A stretch of 64,000 bases of DNA, taken from assembly GCA_904063045.1 (NCBI GenBank), contig CAJFCJ010000013.1:1160156-1224155 (forward strand), in the 5' to 3' direction. Under the pieces are notes generated by a model, which had not been told where the DNA came from, did not search any database, and saw nothing but the letters and a program-made list of their open reading frames with translations. This DNA comes from Dimorphilus gyrociliatus. Lineage: Eukaryota > Animalia > Annelida. Shown here piece after piece: positions 17,881 through 33,940 of the stretch (positions are counted from its first letter, which is position 1; each line of letters opens with the position of its first letter). A program made the position numbers and the translations under genes.

Positions 17881-20800
17881 TCAATTATCATTTCCATGAT
17901 GCAAATGATATTGCAGAGTGGGCGAAGGAGCACTAGCAGATTGAAGGGAAGGTAAAGATGAAGAAAGTGACATCATTGAACCCTGAATAGATAGCTCATC
18001 CATATCTACCCCATCTTCGTGGATAATCAGACTCTCCTCTGCAATCTTATTTATATCCAATCCGCAATCAACTACTTTCTGATCGAACTCATTTAATTCC
18101 CTTCCTTGTCTCTCGTGTAAGTCTCTTGAGCTTTGGCGACGTTGAGCATCGAACGCCATTATCTCTTCATCCAATTTTTCCTCCAACAGAATTCTACGAA
18201 CGCTAACTTTCTCCTCCAGTTGCTTACGCTCCAACTTATGTTGCCTCTGCATTTGCTCCAAACGATTTCCTTGATAAGCTTGCAGCAATTCTAATTCTTG
18301 GTTAAGCTTTTGAGTTAACTCTCTTGCTTCTCTTTCAATGTTATCGTTCAATTTACGTTCTTCACTCGTTTTCATGTCTTGTATGGATTTAATATATTGG
18401 CCTTCCACCTCGTGATTTTTATGCTTTTGATCCTCAGCCAATCTTGTAATTAGTTCCTTTTGTTCAGGTTTAGAATTCGTTTTCGCTACTCGTTGCATCT
18501 TTAGAACCTTATACTGCTGTTCTATAGTTTGAATAGCGTTTTTCTTCAGTTTCATAATTTCCATTTCTCTCTTTCTAACAAGGCTTGGGTGATTTTTCTT
18601 CTCTTGATGGTGCCTCTTATGCATCTCTTTCAGAGCATTTGAATTGTACTGTTCTTGATTTTCTTTCTCAGTGCGATGTAGGGTTCTAATATGATCCTCT
18701 TTAAGCCGATGAAGGTGGGACATGTGCCAGAACTCGAACTCTTGAGTCGACTCATGCTGTTTAGTACACATTTGATGTTTCTCTGAAATATGATTACTTC
18801 TTTTCTCAATTCTAATTTCCAGTTGTCGAAGCTCCAATTGATGAAGTCGTAGCAGTTGCTTACGTTGGCATATTTTCATCTGCGTCTTTAAGAAATGTTC
18901 TTTTTGACCTGATTCATAATTTTCTTTGACGTTCATATCTGCTACTAATTCTTCTTTTTGTCTAACCATCTGTTGTTCTTTCTCTTTTTTAGGAGTAGAG
19001 CTGCCAGTTAAACTCTTACGAATGGCTTCTTTTTTTGCTTTATAATTCTTTTGCAAAATTGTTTTAAATTCTTTCATTTCCGATTCATGTTTAGATTGTA
19101 TCTGCTTATATAGTTTTCTTTCTCTTTGTTGAGCAGCTTTTTGCTATAAAACAGGAAACACAAAAAGGATTAATTAAATAATTTTTAATCTTCAAATTTA
19201 ATATATACAAATACGATTAAAGGATATTAAAAAAGCAATAATTAACCATTTTTTCTCTATCATGCTGTTGTTTTTGCAGTAACTTGTCAAAAAATTTTGT
19301 AAAAGTAGAATTTAATTGCTCCATTTCTTTATCTAGTTTCGACTTGAAATCTGACATTTCGGCCATTTGCTTATTTTCTAACTGCTTTTGCTCCTTATGT
19401 TGCTGTTTCCTCATATTTTTATAGCCTCGCATTTGTTCCTGAGCTCCATTGGCGTCGTGCTGTCTCTGTTTTATAGCAATATGTTTAGAATTAATTTTTC
19501 AACATTGTTTTTGTTTTTTACTTCCAACACTATAATGCAAGTTATAAGGCGTTTTATCTCTTTAAGATTTAAGTTTTATTTTACTTTACTTGCGTGTTGA
19601 TAAAGCGCTACAAAGTAAATATCCTTATTAAGTTCACTTACGTGCTCTTGTACAACCATTTTCCTTGGCTTTATAGTTTGGAAGTTTTCAAGTGCGCTAT
19701 CATTTGCCCGATCAGCACCCTACAGTGGAAAATATTTTTTAAAAAAATAACATACAAATATATAAAATATGGAAAAACAAAAATTTGCTAAAAATTTAAA
19801 AAGAAAAAAAAATGACCCTAATAATTGTTACAAATAAATATAAAGAAAATTTTTAAAATATACTATACAAAACAACAGAACATCCTTAGGCAAAACACTC
19901 GTGCAATAAATGTTCTATATATTCTTTGTTAAAGAATAATAAATAATAAGTATAAAATAAAAAAAAAATTAGCAAATAATAAGGAAAGAATTTGTGTATA
20001 ATGAAAATATTAAAAAGAAAACGGAATTAATGAAGAAAAAAAATATAGGTAATTAAGGAGAAAAGCACAGACTCTCACTTTTCCGTGAATATAACGTCTC
20101 TGTGTAAAACGTATATGGAAAAAACGGAACATTTTAAAAAAAAAACAACTTATACTGATACTGACCTGATGGAAGGACATATCATTCGGTACTTCACAAC
20201 TTCCGGCAGGTGGTTTAGCCTCTTCATGATTAATATAGTCCGAACTCTGAATACTTGTTCGACTCGTTAATGAGTTAGAATTACTGGATGTACTATCCTG
20301 TATGAATATTAGACAGGTTATTAATAGTACACTAACAGTAATCGAAAACTTACAATAGTAACGTCGCCTTCACCATCTATTCGACCGGGATTTGGTTCGA
20401 GTTCTTCACTGGCATGATCGTTTATCAATATCTTTCGCATTCTATAATGCTGGTCTAATTGCCTTACGGCTTCTTTGGTACGTTCTATAAGCTGCATAAG
20501 CACTACAGAATCGCTGTCTCTTCTATCACTAATAAATGGGTCATTTAGTAATTCTTTCGAGGTAGGACGATTTGTAGCATCCTTAATGAGGCACGATTCA
20601 ACAAAACCATTAAATCCTTCGCTCCATTTGGACCTAGCTTCACATAGCTTAGGCGAATCGCTTTGTGCAATGTGATACATTGCTGCCATAGAGTTCATAT
20701 GGAACAACGGTGGCTTTTTTTCTGCTAATTCAATACAGGTAATACCTAAAGACCATACGTCTGCTTTACAGTCATATAGCATCTCGTCCATTGAAGTTAT

Positions 20801-21645
20801 AACTTCTGGTGCCATCCAATAAGGTGTACCAATGAAGCTACTTGCTCTATTGACAAGTGATGCCGATCCAAAGTCGGCTAATTTCACTACTCCTCCTACG
20901 GCTAGTAATACATTACCAGCTTTAACATCGCGGTGAATAGCACCAAGTTCGAAATGCAAATAAACTAGAGCATTCAAAGCACCAGCACAGATGGCCCGAA
21001 TTTCATCCTCTTGAAGCGATTTTTTATGTACTTCTAAGATATCAAAAGCGGAACCCAGGCAGTATTCCATTGCAAGCTAGGAGAATATTAACGGTATTGT
21101 TCTTTTGTCTTTGAATTGATACATATCCATTATTAAAATATTACTTACCCAAACAACATGATCACGTAGGTAGCAGCATTCAAATTTGACGATGTTATCA
21201 TGTTTCAAGCATTTTAAAATTTTCACTTCCTTTTTAATATCTTCAAACCTCTGAAGAAAATAAGACGATTATAGTTATTATATATTATTATCTTAGATGG
21301 AAAACTATATTTAATTAATAAGAGATTTACCTCTTCAGCCTGCTTGCCAGTAACAACCATCTTTTTCAACGCAAAAACTTCTTTTGTAGAAGCTTTACGT
21401 GCCTATAAAAGAATTTTTAGACAGATCCTTATAGAAAATAAAATTAAATCTTACAAAATAGACAGCTCCGAAACTTCCATGGCCTATTTCTCGTAAATCA
21501 GTGAATAATTTTTCCGGATCTTCATTTAGAAATAGCCCCTTGGTAATTTCCTTTGTTAAAAATAAAAAATTTTAGTAAAATAATTTGGCAAATTGTAATG
21601 ATGTATTTTGTATATTACCTTGGCATTGTTACCAACTTTTGGCAT
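17881..21645 (-). CDS. TAOK: TAO kinase (STE20 family) with C-terminal coiled coil
   Basis: Small 5' exons give MPKVGNNAK / [23 protein letters not shown]. Also [11 protein letters not shown] and GTPYWMAPE. Coiled-coil exons lie at about 17881-19720. Confidence 0.95.
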
Positions 21646-22403
21646 GTTTCTTGTAAAATGTCAACGATTTACAGACAAGCACCATTCTCGTTCACACCCA
21701 TAATGCTCAAATCATACTCTACTTGACTATCTGTGATAAAAACAACATATTTAAAATTTCAATCTTGAAATGCGAGACGTTCGAATCAACAGTTGGAAGA
21801 GAAGTAAGTGTATGCAAGATTTCCTACTTAAATAAACAATCAATGTTATGTAATAGCTCTGAAATTCAACATGTGGTAAATTGTTAAATTACATTATATC
21901 TTAAATTATTCTTAAAAGATTAAAGAATCCAAAAGATTGTATCTTTGAATAACGAAAAGGTTAATAAGCTTATAGATAACGCACATCACTTATCACATCG
22001 TGATTCATCTACACCAATAAAAAACATGAAAACTTTTTCATACATACCATTTAACATGAATTTCTTAGAGAATAATATTGTCAGAATCTATTTAATAAAC
22101 AACAAATAATCAATACAAATATTTTAATGTAGATTTGAGCAATATTTCGGTGAGGGCAGCTTGTAAGATATCTACGAACGGAAGTTTTTCATTGATTGTT
22201 AGTGGGACTTTCGTATTTATAAATTTAAAAACTTTTTAAAAATACTGCTTAAATAACAAAGAATATTTAAAATTCGCATAATGTCAATTTAAAAATTTTT
22301 TTTATTTGGTCGAATACGAAAATGCGCATAATATAGAACTCTCGCTCCCAGAGTTTAAAACTATTTCCGTTGTAGCTGGGAGAACGCACGCAGATCACCC
22401 GAC

Positions 22404-24244
<1,841 letters not shown>

Positions 24245-24824
24245 GCGAAAGAAAATACTATATGCATATTATCTCCGTGGTGAATGAAATTTAGAGTAAC
24301 ATGAGTGCAATAATAATACATATGAATATAATGTAGTGCCATCTTCAACCAAAATAGTTCAATACAATATTCATGAAAATAACTAATGGTTTTATTTTAA
24401 CTCGACGAAATGCCATTAAACATACATGACTAGCTTCGTTCGTTTTTACAACAAATCACATGCAGAATATTGAAAGGAATGTCGAGTTGGTAAGAGGTTA
24501 AATCTATATAGAATCTGAAAAACACTAATCTTCACGCACGTACAACTATTTGTCAACTGCTGCCGTATCTGAAACACATTACAATTAGCCTAAAAGTATA
24601 CTTTTGGAATCTTAAATGATATTAAACGCAACACAAATGTAGGGAATTTCTGATGGAATCACAAGAGTCAATAAAGCAGAGGCAGCCAAAATATTAGTGC
24701 AAGCAAAGTTTAACAGATTAACAGGAATATTCTAAGAATATTCTAATTCTAGTAAGATATAGAACGACTAGTCAAATTATCTTTTAAAGTACAGGACTAA
24801 AAGTGAACAAGGAAAAAAAGCACT

Positions 24825-25917
24825 TCAACTCTCAGCCCCATACGTTTGTGGTTTACCGGCGCTAGATATAGCCGTACTTTCGTTAGCTCCAGATGTAGAA
24901 TAAGGTTGACTTGTAATAGCATCGCTAAATCCTCCAGCTTGCTTAGCATCACCATGTTGGGGTGACTGATGTGGAGAACCTGCGTCACTGCTTAAATCTT
25001 CCTGTTGCTAAATTTAAGAAAAAAATAAATATACATATATATATATATATACTGTGTATATTAGCTTACATATAAGTTAGCAGTATCCTCGTCAGGATGA
25101 GGCGGCTGTGGCTTATATTTTCCGCAGCAGAAGTTGCAACAGCAACAGCAACAACAGCATCCAAAGTAACAAAGTGTTATGACGCCGCAGAACATGAACA
25201 TACACTGAAAAATATTCATTAGTAATAAGATATTATGAATGCACAATGTAGGAAAGATATACCTTGACAACCGGTGAACTGAGAACGAAATAGGTGTTGA
25301 CATATTCTTCCCCGAATTGTTCAGCTACGTATAATCCTAAACTACCGTATCGGTCGTAAATACCCCGTTTGGTTGTATCAGAAAGCACTGAATGAGCATA
25401 ATTGATTTCTTTAAACTGAAAAAAATGGTTGGTACTTTCAATTAATGGTTCCGTATAGAGTAGGTAACATGTGGTTCGCTTAAATAATAATAGTATATTT
25501 ATAAAGTTTACCATTTCAGTGGCTTGAGGATTATCCGGATTCTTGTCCGGATGATATTTTAAGGCCAACTATGAATAAAAAAATAGAATTAATACAAGAA
25601 ATTTCAATGATAACATCTACAGTTACCTTCCGGTACGCCTTCTTAATTTCATCTGGTGTGCTACTTTTCTCTAAATTCAAAGTTTGATACAGCGTCAGAC
25701 CCGAAGTCCTAGAGTTGAAAAAATATTTTAATAAATGATTAATCAGAATCACCCAGAATTAAGCTATGTAAATGCGTAATTTCGGTGAAGTTGAAGTTCT
25801 CATATCCTTTTAACTTTAGATATAAATAGTAAAAATGAATTATAAACAATCAACCTGCCTCTTATTTATCTGAAAAATTGATACTTACGACATACTCCTT
25901 CCCCGTTGTGTAGTCAT
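24825..25917 (-). CDS. DNAJC5: Cysteine string protein (DnaJ subfamily C member 5)
   Basis: Six exons: 25917-25889, 25708-25627, 25568-25512, 25415-25263, 25204-25070 and about 25008-24825. J-domain with intact HPD (KYHPDKNP) and cysteine string [14 protein letters not shown]. Confidence 0.96.
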
Positions 25918-26000
25918 TATGAGACGTAGTGCAAATTCTTTCCTAGACAATTACAAAAATGTATTCATCAGATCATGACTGCGCCATATTGCGGTTTTAA

Positions 26001-26011
26001 TGCGCATGCGC
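26001..26011. promoter_or_regulatory. NRF1-type palindromic site TGCGCATGCGC, with an E2F-like GCGGGAAA nearby
   Basis: Match to the known NRF1 core, about 85 bp upstream of the DNAJC5 ATG in the divergent DNAJC5/FASTKD intergenic region. Confidence 0.5.
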
Positions 26012-27238
26012 GAAAAATATAACTTAGAGCGGGAAATCAAGCAAGCGTAAACATCAAATCGTTACATTTTTGTTTCTTTTCGAGTATAATATATAAGAAA
26101 TGAATATTGAATGAAGTATAAAACAAAAATAGATTATTTATTATTCAGACTCTATAATTATTGTCATTCTACCAGTATTGTTCTTAAAATAGGTTGATAT
26201 AAGATAGCTCTTTACAAAGAAGGAGTGAATGCTAAAAAATATTTAAGCGGGTTTTTACCTTGATTAAATGAAAAAATTATAGAAGCAGCGAGCTGAAAGA
26301 ATAGTAAATAACTATTATTATAAATTTTTAAAACATATATTTTATAAGTCATTGACGTTCGAGATTTATAATCGAGCCCCATTTCACTTTATGCAAACCC
26401 AAACTAATTATGTTATTTATTCATAATATAAACAAAGAAATTTAATATTTAAGAGAATATCCTATATATTTCCTAAATTCCTTTTCGTAACTAAACGTGA
26501 CAAAAGTAAAAAAAAAAAAGATTCTCAAAATAGAACATTTTAAAATTAGATAAAAGAATAACATTTTCAAAAAACTTTTGTAAAAAGGTTTAATTAAAAA
26601 AGACTAAAATAATTTATGACAAATATTGTAATTATTCTAAAAATAGTAAATATCTAAAGTAAACAAAATACAGTAGACTTTTTGAGACAAAAAGTTTACC
26701 TAATCTAAAAAAAATTGTTATAGACAGTACTTTATGGGATTAGGGCAAAAAATAAGAAAAAAAAGGGATCACTAAAATATAAATGATGCAAAAATGAAGA
26801 CTTTTCGCCAATAAATTACGATAAATGACAGATAATTCTTATAAAAAATAACCTGCCTTTCGGAGTAACAACTGGAAATATTTCTAAGCCAACAGCTTGA
26901 AAATAGAAAGCAATAGGTTAACTGAATCTTATGCTATATTAAAAAAAAATTGAAATCCTTGTTTGAAATTCAAAGTTATATTATATAGATACGGAACGCA
27001 AGTTTCAAAGTCAAACAATACTGGTAGAGTGTGTGACCTTAAAACATTCAAGGCCATTGAAGAACGGTTTGTTTGAAAATATTAAAAAAAGCAACTTTAA
27101 TATACTTGGTTGTAAAGATCATTTTCAAAAAGATTATCAACAGAGGAAATTAATCCATAATTTTTTAAGAAAAATTAAAATATACAATTCTTTATTTAGT
27201 AATAAGTACTGAAATGGTAATATCGCCCAAATTGTATC

Positions 27239-30045
27239 ATGTTCAGAAAATTCGGCAACTTTAAAGTCATTAATCGACTTCATCATGGGCTCTTCATTAG
27301 CAGGAATATTACTATTGATATTGGTTCAGACTTTTTCACCTCATCTTATCAACATCTTGATAATTTAGTAACGTCAACATCTAGGCCTCAACATGTGGTA
27401 GAAGATATTAGCAGGCTCTGCAATAAAAGATATGAAGAGTTAAACAAGCTTCCTCATCTTCATAAGAATCCCTCTGTGGCTTATATTCAACTTCTATTGA
27501 ATGAGCAACTTCCGACAGTAACCAATGATATTCAGACAAATGTAAACTTTATTGAAGCTAAGAATATTATAACTAAGAACAGTAGCAATCTATCTTCGAC
27601 TGAGCTTGTAGAAGCTACTTATAATCTTCTTCTTCTCGGTGAAAACCCCAGTGATGAGTTTATGTCCAGATTGATGACCGACTGTGCTATGAAATCTTCA
27701 GAATTTGATATAAAAGAGATATTATTGTTTACCGAGCTATTAAGAAGTGCTAACAAGTCTATTCTCTGGTGGGGTAAACCCGTCTTGGATCGTCTACTAT
27801 TACACGTCAGAGATAATAATAGAATATGGAAAGAAGCTGATGTAAGATATTTGTGTCGGTCGGTAATTAATTTATATACAATATTGTCCGACGAGGGCCT
27901 CTACGAATTAAGTAAAAGAGTCTTTGAACTATCCAAAATTCCGGGATTCCTTGATGATATTGAAAATGCATCTTCTCTGATAAGAACGACAAGCCAATTT
28001 TCGTACAAATTTAGGGAAAGTCATTATAGAACAGAAGTAAGAAAATCTCTTCAAGACATTATTAATCAAACGTATCCACTTATATCTACCATGAAATCGG
28101 ATCATATAGCTGAAATATGTCATAGTCTTAAATCTTGTATGTTCTATCAAGCTCCTTTTTCTGACGAAGCTCAGAGGCGAGCTGTTGAACTTTTAAACAG
28201 AGATCTACCTGTTAAAGAAATATCTAATCTGTATTTTGCTCTAAATGCCCGAACTCCATCTGACATCGTTTACTTATTCGAGCAAGCAATTCTACCTCGC
28301 TTTAACGATATGGATATTGTTCTTTTATCGAATATTGCCCTGTGCTTGAATGATAGTAATTGTTCAAATACTGATGTTATTTATAAATTTCAAGAGCAAG
28401 TTGCACGTCACGCTAACCTATTGACGAAGTATGTTTCTCGATACGAGAAAGTCATAAAATTTATTGTCAGACGTAAATTTATAGACGTTAAACATCAAGA
28501 GAAGTTCACCGACGCTCTTATGAACAATCTAGAAAAGCAACAGTTTCTTGGTAACTGGATTATGCCAAAAATATGTTCCTACCTCATCTCAGCTTGTACA
28601 ACACAATTATCCGACAACCTTTACGACAAGTTATTGAATGCTATGCATAGGTGGTCTTTCTCTGGGTTATATAAGCTTGCGTCCGGCCTCAATATGATTG
28701 ACAGACAACATAACCAGGTGCTTCAGCGTCAGATATCTAATATTAAGCGTCATTTACATTCAACTATTGCTCAGAAGATTGATAATGAGAAGAATATTAG
28801 CATTGACTATCTCTATCAATTAGCAACTGGACTGATTGTTTTTAATAAAAGTCGAGATTCAGTTCTCACTGAAAAGGTGATGGGTAAATTTGTCGAAAGC
28901 ACTAAAAACCTAGATCCAATTTCTGTCAATAAAGTTGCTCGTACGTTTAGGGATCTTCGCTATCACCTTCCACCAGTCTACGACAATCTTATTGACTATA
29001 CAATTAATTGTAATAATCAAGAACTTAATCTTACATCCGTTATGAACGTCTTAAGAAGTTGTGCTCTCGTCAACTACAAACCTAAGAACTTCAACGCTTT
29101 TCTTGATATCATTTTTCATTTTTACAAGGAGCTTAGGGAAAATAATTCAATTTTAGCTCAATTGAACTGCCTTCAGAATTTGGCTCTTTTAGAAGTCTTC
29201 CCAATTCATATTTTATCCGAAATGTTCACTTTGTCTAGCATTAGCCTAATTGATGAATTTATGGATAAAAACCCACAATCCAGATCGGAGATATTGCGAT
29301 TGCTCTTTTGCTTAAATAGAGCTATTATTTTGGAATGTCCTAGTTTAAATATTCCTTGGTTCATGGAATACTATTCTAAAGAGTTTCGTTCACGTAAGTA
29401 GAACGGCCGATATATTCTATTACCATGCATCATTATACTGTATTGTTTAAATTGAATAGTTGATTATCGTTTTTTAATGATTGAATATTAATGATAGGCC
29501 CATCCCGTCTGTCTCCGTTTAATGAACGATTCCTGAGAGAGGTGAATAATGCACTTGTGGATTTACTGAATGGAAAAGAGTATTTCAGATCTTCAGTGGA
29601 TAGCCCATATTATCATCAAATAAGTATGTATCAATAATACATAATAGATTTTGGTCTTTTTCGTTGTTTTTTACATGTAAGATTTTCTTTTGCAGGTTAT
29701 GAGTGCATTTTGGACGATAAAAAAAGACCAGTAGAGGTGTCAGGAGCAGATATTCCTGTGAGAGAAGATTGGGATAGGTTTGTAGAAGAAAAATACGAAA
29801 TTTTATAGGATGATGAGGAGAGATTTTGCCCTATTCCTAACAGATTAGCAATTTTGACTCTATTTGAAAACAACTATTGCTACGATTCTCATCGTTTGAC
29901 TGGAAATTTCTCTGTTCGAAACAAACATTTAAATATATTAGGATATCGAGTAATTGAAGTTCCATATTTCGAGTGGTTTTCTATGGGTTTAAGTGATTGG
30001 AAGTCAAAAGTGCATTATTTAAGAAAAAAATTGTTTTTTGAATAG
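27239..30045 (+). CDS. FASTKD1: FAST kinase domain-containing mitochondrial RNA-binding protein with C-terminal RAP domain (FASTKD1-like)
   Basis: Presequence-like N-terminus and a helical body. RAP-type end LTGNFSVRNKHLNILGYRVIEVPYFEWFSMGLS. Exon 1 is 27239-29393, followed by three short phase-consistent exons. Confidence 0.8.
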
Positions 30046-33000
30046 TTTTTTGTTAAATATAAAATTGAAAATATGAATTTATATCTCTATTTTTCGAAGT
30101 CCGTGTATATTTTTTGTATAGAAAATCATTAGTCTTTAAGTGGAACAATTCCATCAAGGCATCATCGAGGTAAGTTGTTTGTTGTTTTTGAGTTGTTACC
30201 TCGCGTGTCAGCCAAAACGTATATAAAGGGTGCCGTTTTCAGTCACAGTTAGGAGACCAAATTGGTTGGTCTCTTCACTCTTTGGTTATCAGCTCTAGTA
30301 AGTTGAAATTTCTTTTTTCGAGTATTTCTGGTTACATAACTTTCGTTTTTTACAGAAAAAGTAGACAACTAGAGTATTATAGTACTTGAAACTCTGAAGA
30401 GGGCCCAATGCCTGCTGTTGTCTTTAACGCTTCATTTAGTTGGGCAAATTCTGGTCATTGGTACTCCCCAGCTGTTGGAAACTCCCAATGACTTGAACTG
30501 ACGAACATATTCTCTTGTGTTCACTCCTGTATTCGCGCTATTATTGGCGACGATATGTTGTGGATTCAACAATTGTCGAGTAATAGAGAGTACAATTAGT
30601 GCCTACTAAAAATGAAGGGTGCATCTTCTTTTTTTTTACTGCAAGTGTCGAAATTGAACCTACTCCTCTCCTTGACCAACCTCAACCTTCATTTTTCTCC
30701 AATGTGTCACGTTAAATCACAATGTGTTTGGTATTAACAATCGTGGTAGTGTGGTACAATTGGTAGCTACGGGAACTGGAGAATACATCTTCTTTTTTTA
30801 CACGCAAACGTCTAAACAAAGACAATCACTTTTTTGTCTAAATACCGAAAGCACTTTTTCAAGTTCGGCTGCAAGTTCTCGTCATCAGTACCGCCTTCGT
30901 ATTAACTGCGATAAAGTACTTGGATAAGTATTTGTCCAGTAATATGAGGGAAACTGATGCCTGATTGAGCTTTAGAATATATCGGTTTTGATTCTCATAC
31001 TTGATATTTATTTGATATTTTGTCTATTTGTAATTGCAAAATTTCACTTGTATAATTGTAACTGAAGGAAAGAAGAAAATTTTAGAGCTGTTTTAACAGA
31101 ATAAATTGAAAAATTTACCAATAGAATTTTGATCTTATTCTCATTATTTCTAATTAGCTTTCAAAATTGTTCTTTAAACAATCGGGAAATCTAATAAAAA
31201 GTATAAGTTAAGGATAAATGTTCTTTATTATATAATATAGCAATCGAATGCTTAAAAAACAGGCTTGATAAATTATTCAAGAAAAGTGTATATTTAATCT
31301 GTACATTTAAACAAATATTTAAATAATCAGCCTACTAGTTATTTTGTTGACTCTTAAGCAAAGTAGAAAGCCTAAATATAGGAGAAAATACTTTGCCACG
31401 TGGTTACAGCGTTCACGTGATGAGTATTACTAATAATTTAAATATTCTTTTTATAGAATGTATTTTATCAACAACCTTCTAAAGCTGGATAATAAAAATA
31501 AAACAAAGGAATAAATAAAACAATACCCTTTTTTAGTTATTTTCAACCTGTCGTCATTAACTGGTTCAATTGGAATGACATTAAAGTTGCCTAAATCATA
31601 TGTTTAAACCAATCAGCGACCCCTAGAATACATAATTACGGAAATGTATAGAGACGCCATCTGAAACTCAATTCGGAAAAAAGAACCTTTTTAGTATTCC
31701 AGAAAACAAATTATAATTAAATATTTGTATATTTCATCAAAATATTAATATTTAGTGGACAAATATTAATATTTCGTTGACAAAAGCGATAAATTTAAAC
31801 TTTCCAGGTATATTTAATTTTATAAGTAAATAATCGGAAATGTTTATTAAAAGATTAAAATTTTTTAAATATATTGCAGAGCTAAACTAGAGAATTAATT
31901 GAAAATTAGTTATGATAAATGAAATTATTGCATTTATATAGTTTGACTTTTCATTTAAAGTGAAATTCTTCTAAACAAAGAAGTGGAGAAAAGTTGACAG
32001 AGGGAGAAAAGATTGAGGGGCGTGGAACTATGGGAATAAAGAGCTATTCGAAATGCAGAATAGACTTAAAAAATTCATGAGATTCAGGCATCCCATCAGA
32101 CAGGATCATTTGAGTTATGCTGATTGGAAAGAGAAACAAATTCAAAGATCTTTAAAAATTGTTACATTAAGATTATTCATTAATGAATCTCATCAAAATG
32201 GAAAGGAAATATAGCCTTTTACGAAAGGTGATCCGTATCCAAAATCACTAGATTATGACAAAAAGGGATACATTTGATGATAAAAGCGATAATTTATAAT
32301 ACTATTTATAGAGTTATTAATTAAAACATATTGGGAGAATATTTGAAGATAACCCTGTTTATCGTAAACAGATCGTTACTTATAAAACACGCCTTAATTC
32401 GTGGTAAATACTTTTTCGAGCAACTTTTTGTATAAGAGAGAAGAAAAAAATCCTTCTCGGATAATAAGAGGGCGAGCAAAATGCACTTAATGTTTTTTTG
32501 AATTCGATTTATCAAGCTGTACCAATTTCGAGACGTAATAATCAAATTTAGGAATACATCATGCAGAGAGCTCATGCGTAATTAATACATGCTGCCCTCG
32601 AAATGACCCTCGCATTGTTACGTTAAAACTGTAAGTCATAAAGTCATAAACAAATTGAGACTGGTCGAAAATATAAGAAACTAATCAAATATAAAAAATA
32701 AAGAAATGATAACACCCTGTCCCAGATAGAAAGTTTGGAGAAAGTTTTTAATTAACTAATTATCAGTATATCTGCTTTACTTATTGAATGACTTATGATC
32801 AAATGGAGATTTCAATGACCGTTATCACATCTTCCCTAAAGTTTGATTTGGCCGAGTAGAGTTTTTAAAAAGGGAATCAACTGTTTTATACTCTCCCTAT
32901 TCAAAGTACATTTAAATACCTCTCAGGTAGGTTCATCAGCGGGATTACTCAAAGTGAAAACGAAAGATGTATGCCGCTAAATGCCAAAAGGAGATTTTGG

Positions 33001-33940
33001 AATATTTATTAAAAATTTCCTCTTTAAGGGTGTGGATATCTATTCTTTTACTTTTTAAATCAATCTCAGTTTCCTGCTAAGCGGCTTTTGAAATTACCCA
33101 TCTCCCGTCAGTGCTAATTAATATTTGCTACTAATCAGATTGTATCGGAAGCGTGAAGGAAAGACATCATTTTAAGTAATTATAATTGTTTTCATAGATT
33201 TTCTTCTTTTCATTAGTATTTCTAATATAAAAAGCGTTACAATTTATAATGACATTGATAAAATCAACATACAGCATGAATTGTAACAATTGTTTTTATG
33301 GTGACGTTTGTCAAATTACACTTAATGTTTGTCGGTAGAATATTTAAAGAAAAAGTTTTCTTTATTTATTTATATTCGTCAAATATGAATAAAACTAATT
33401 GGTTATTGTCTTCGAATAAGTCATTTGAACAGTTAAATTTGTTACATTTAGGGATTATGATCAGACTTAATACATCAAAATGATTAGCTTATATTCAAGT
33501 TTACTGAATTATAAAACTTTTATTGTTTGTCTCAAATAGAAGTTAACGATGAAGTACTTTTTAATTTTGTTTAATAAATATTCCAGCATAATTTCAAGGT
33601 TTGTTCACTTTTCAACAAAAGCTTGAATGAAAAATCACCTCTTTAATAACTTCTTTAAGAAAAAAGGAAACTGTGACGTAATGATTCAAAACTTTTTGGC
33701 GGCTTAGTTTGAAAGGGGATTATCTGTAGCCTTATAGTTGACAGATTTCCTGATGCCACCTGAGTAGTAATGAGGCTATTTATTTTACCGATACATTTTG
33801 TTACTTTGCAACGACACCCCCTCTATGTTGGGGATATATAAATGATAAGATTTCTGAATCCCCGCAATATACTTGTCGTTCATCGTTCGTTACGACTTTG
33901 AGTAAAACTTTTCAAGTTTGACTTCAAACTTATATTTGCT

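Noticed and set aside
25802-25820. U12-type ATATCCTT splice-site-like sequences (also about 19621 and 47863)
   Set aside because: They are on the strand opposite the host genes, which are fully explained by GT-AG introns.
30253-30310. miR-9 precursor hairpin
   Set aside because: There is no complementary star arm and a splice donor follows immediately. It is kept only as a possible target site.
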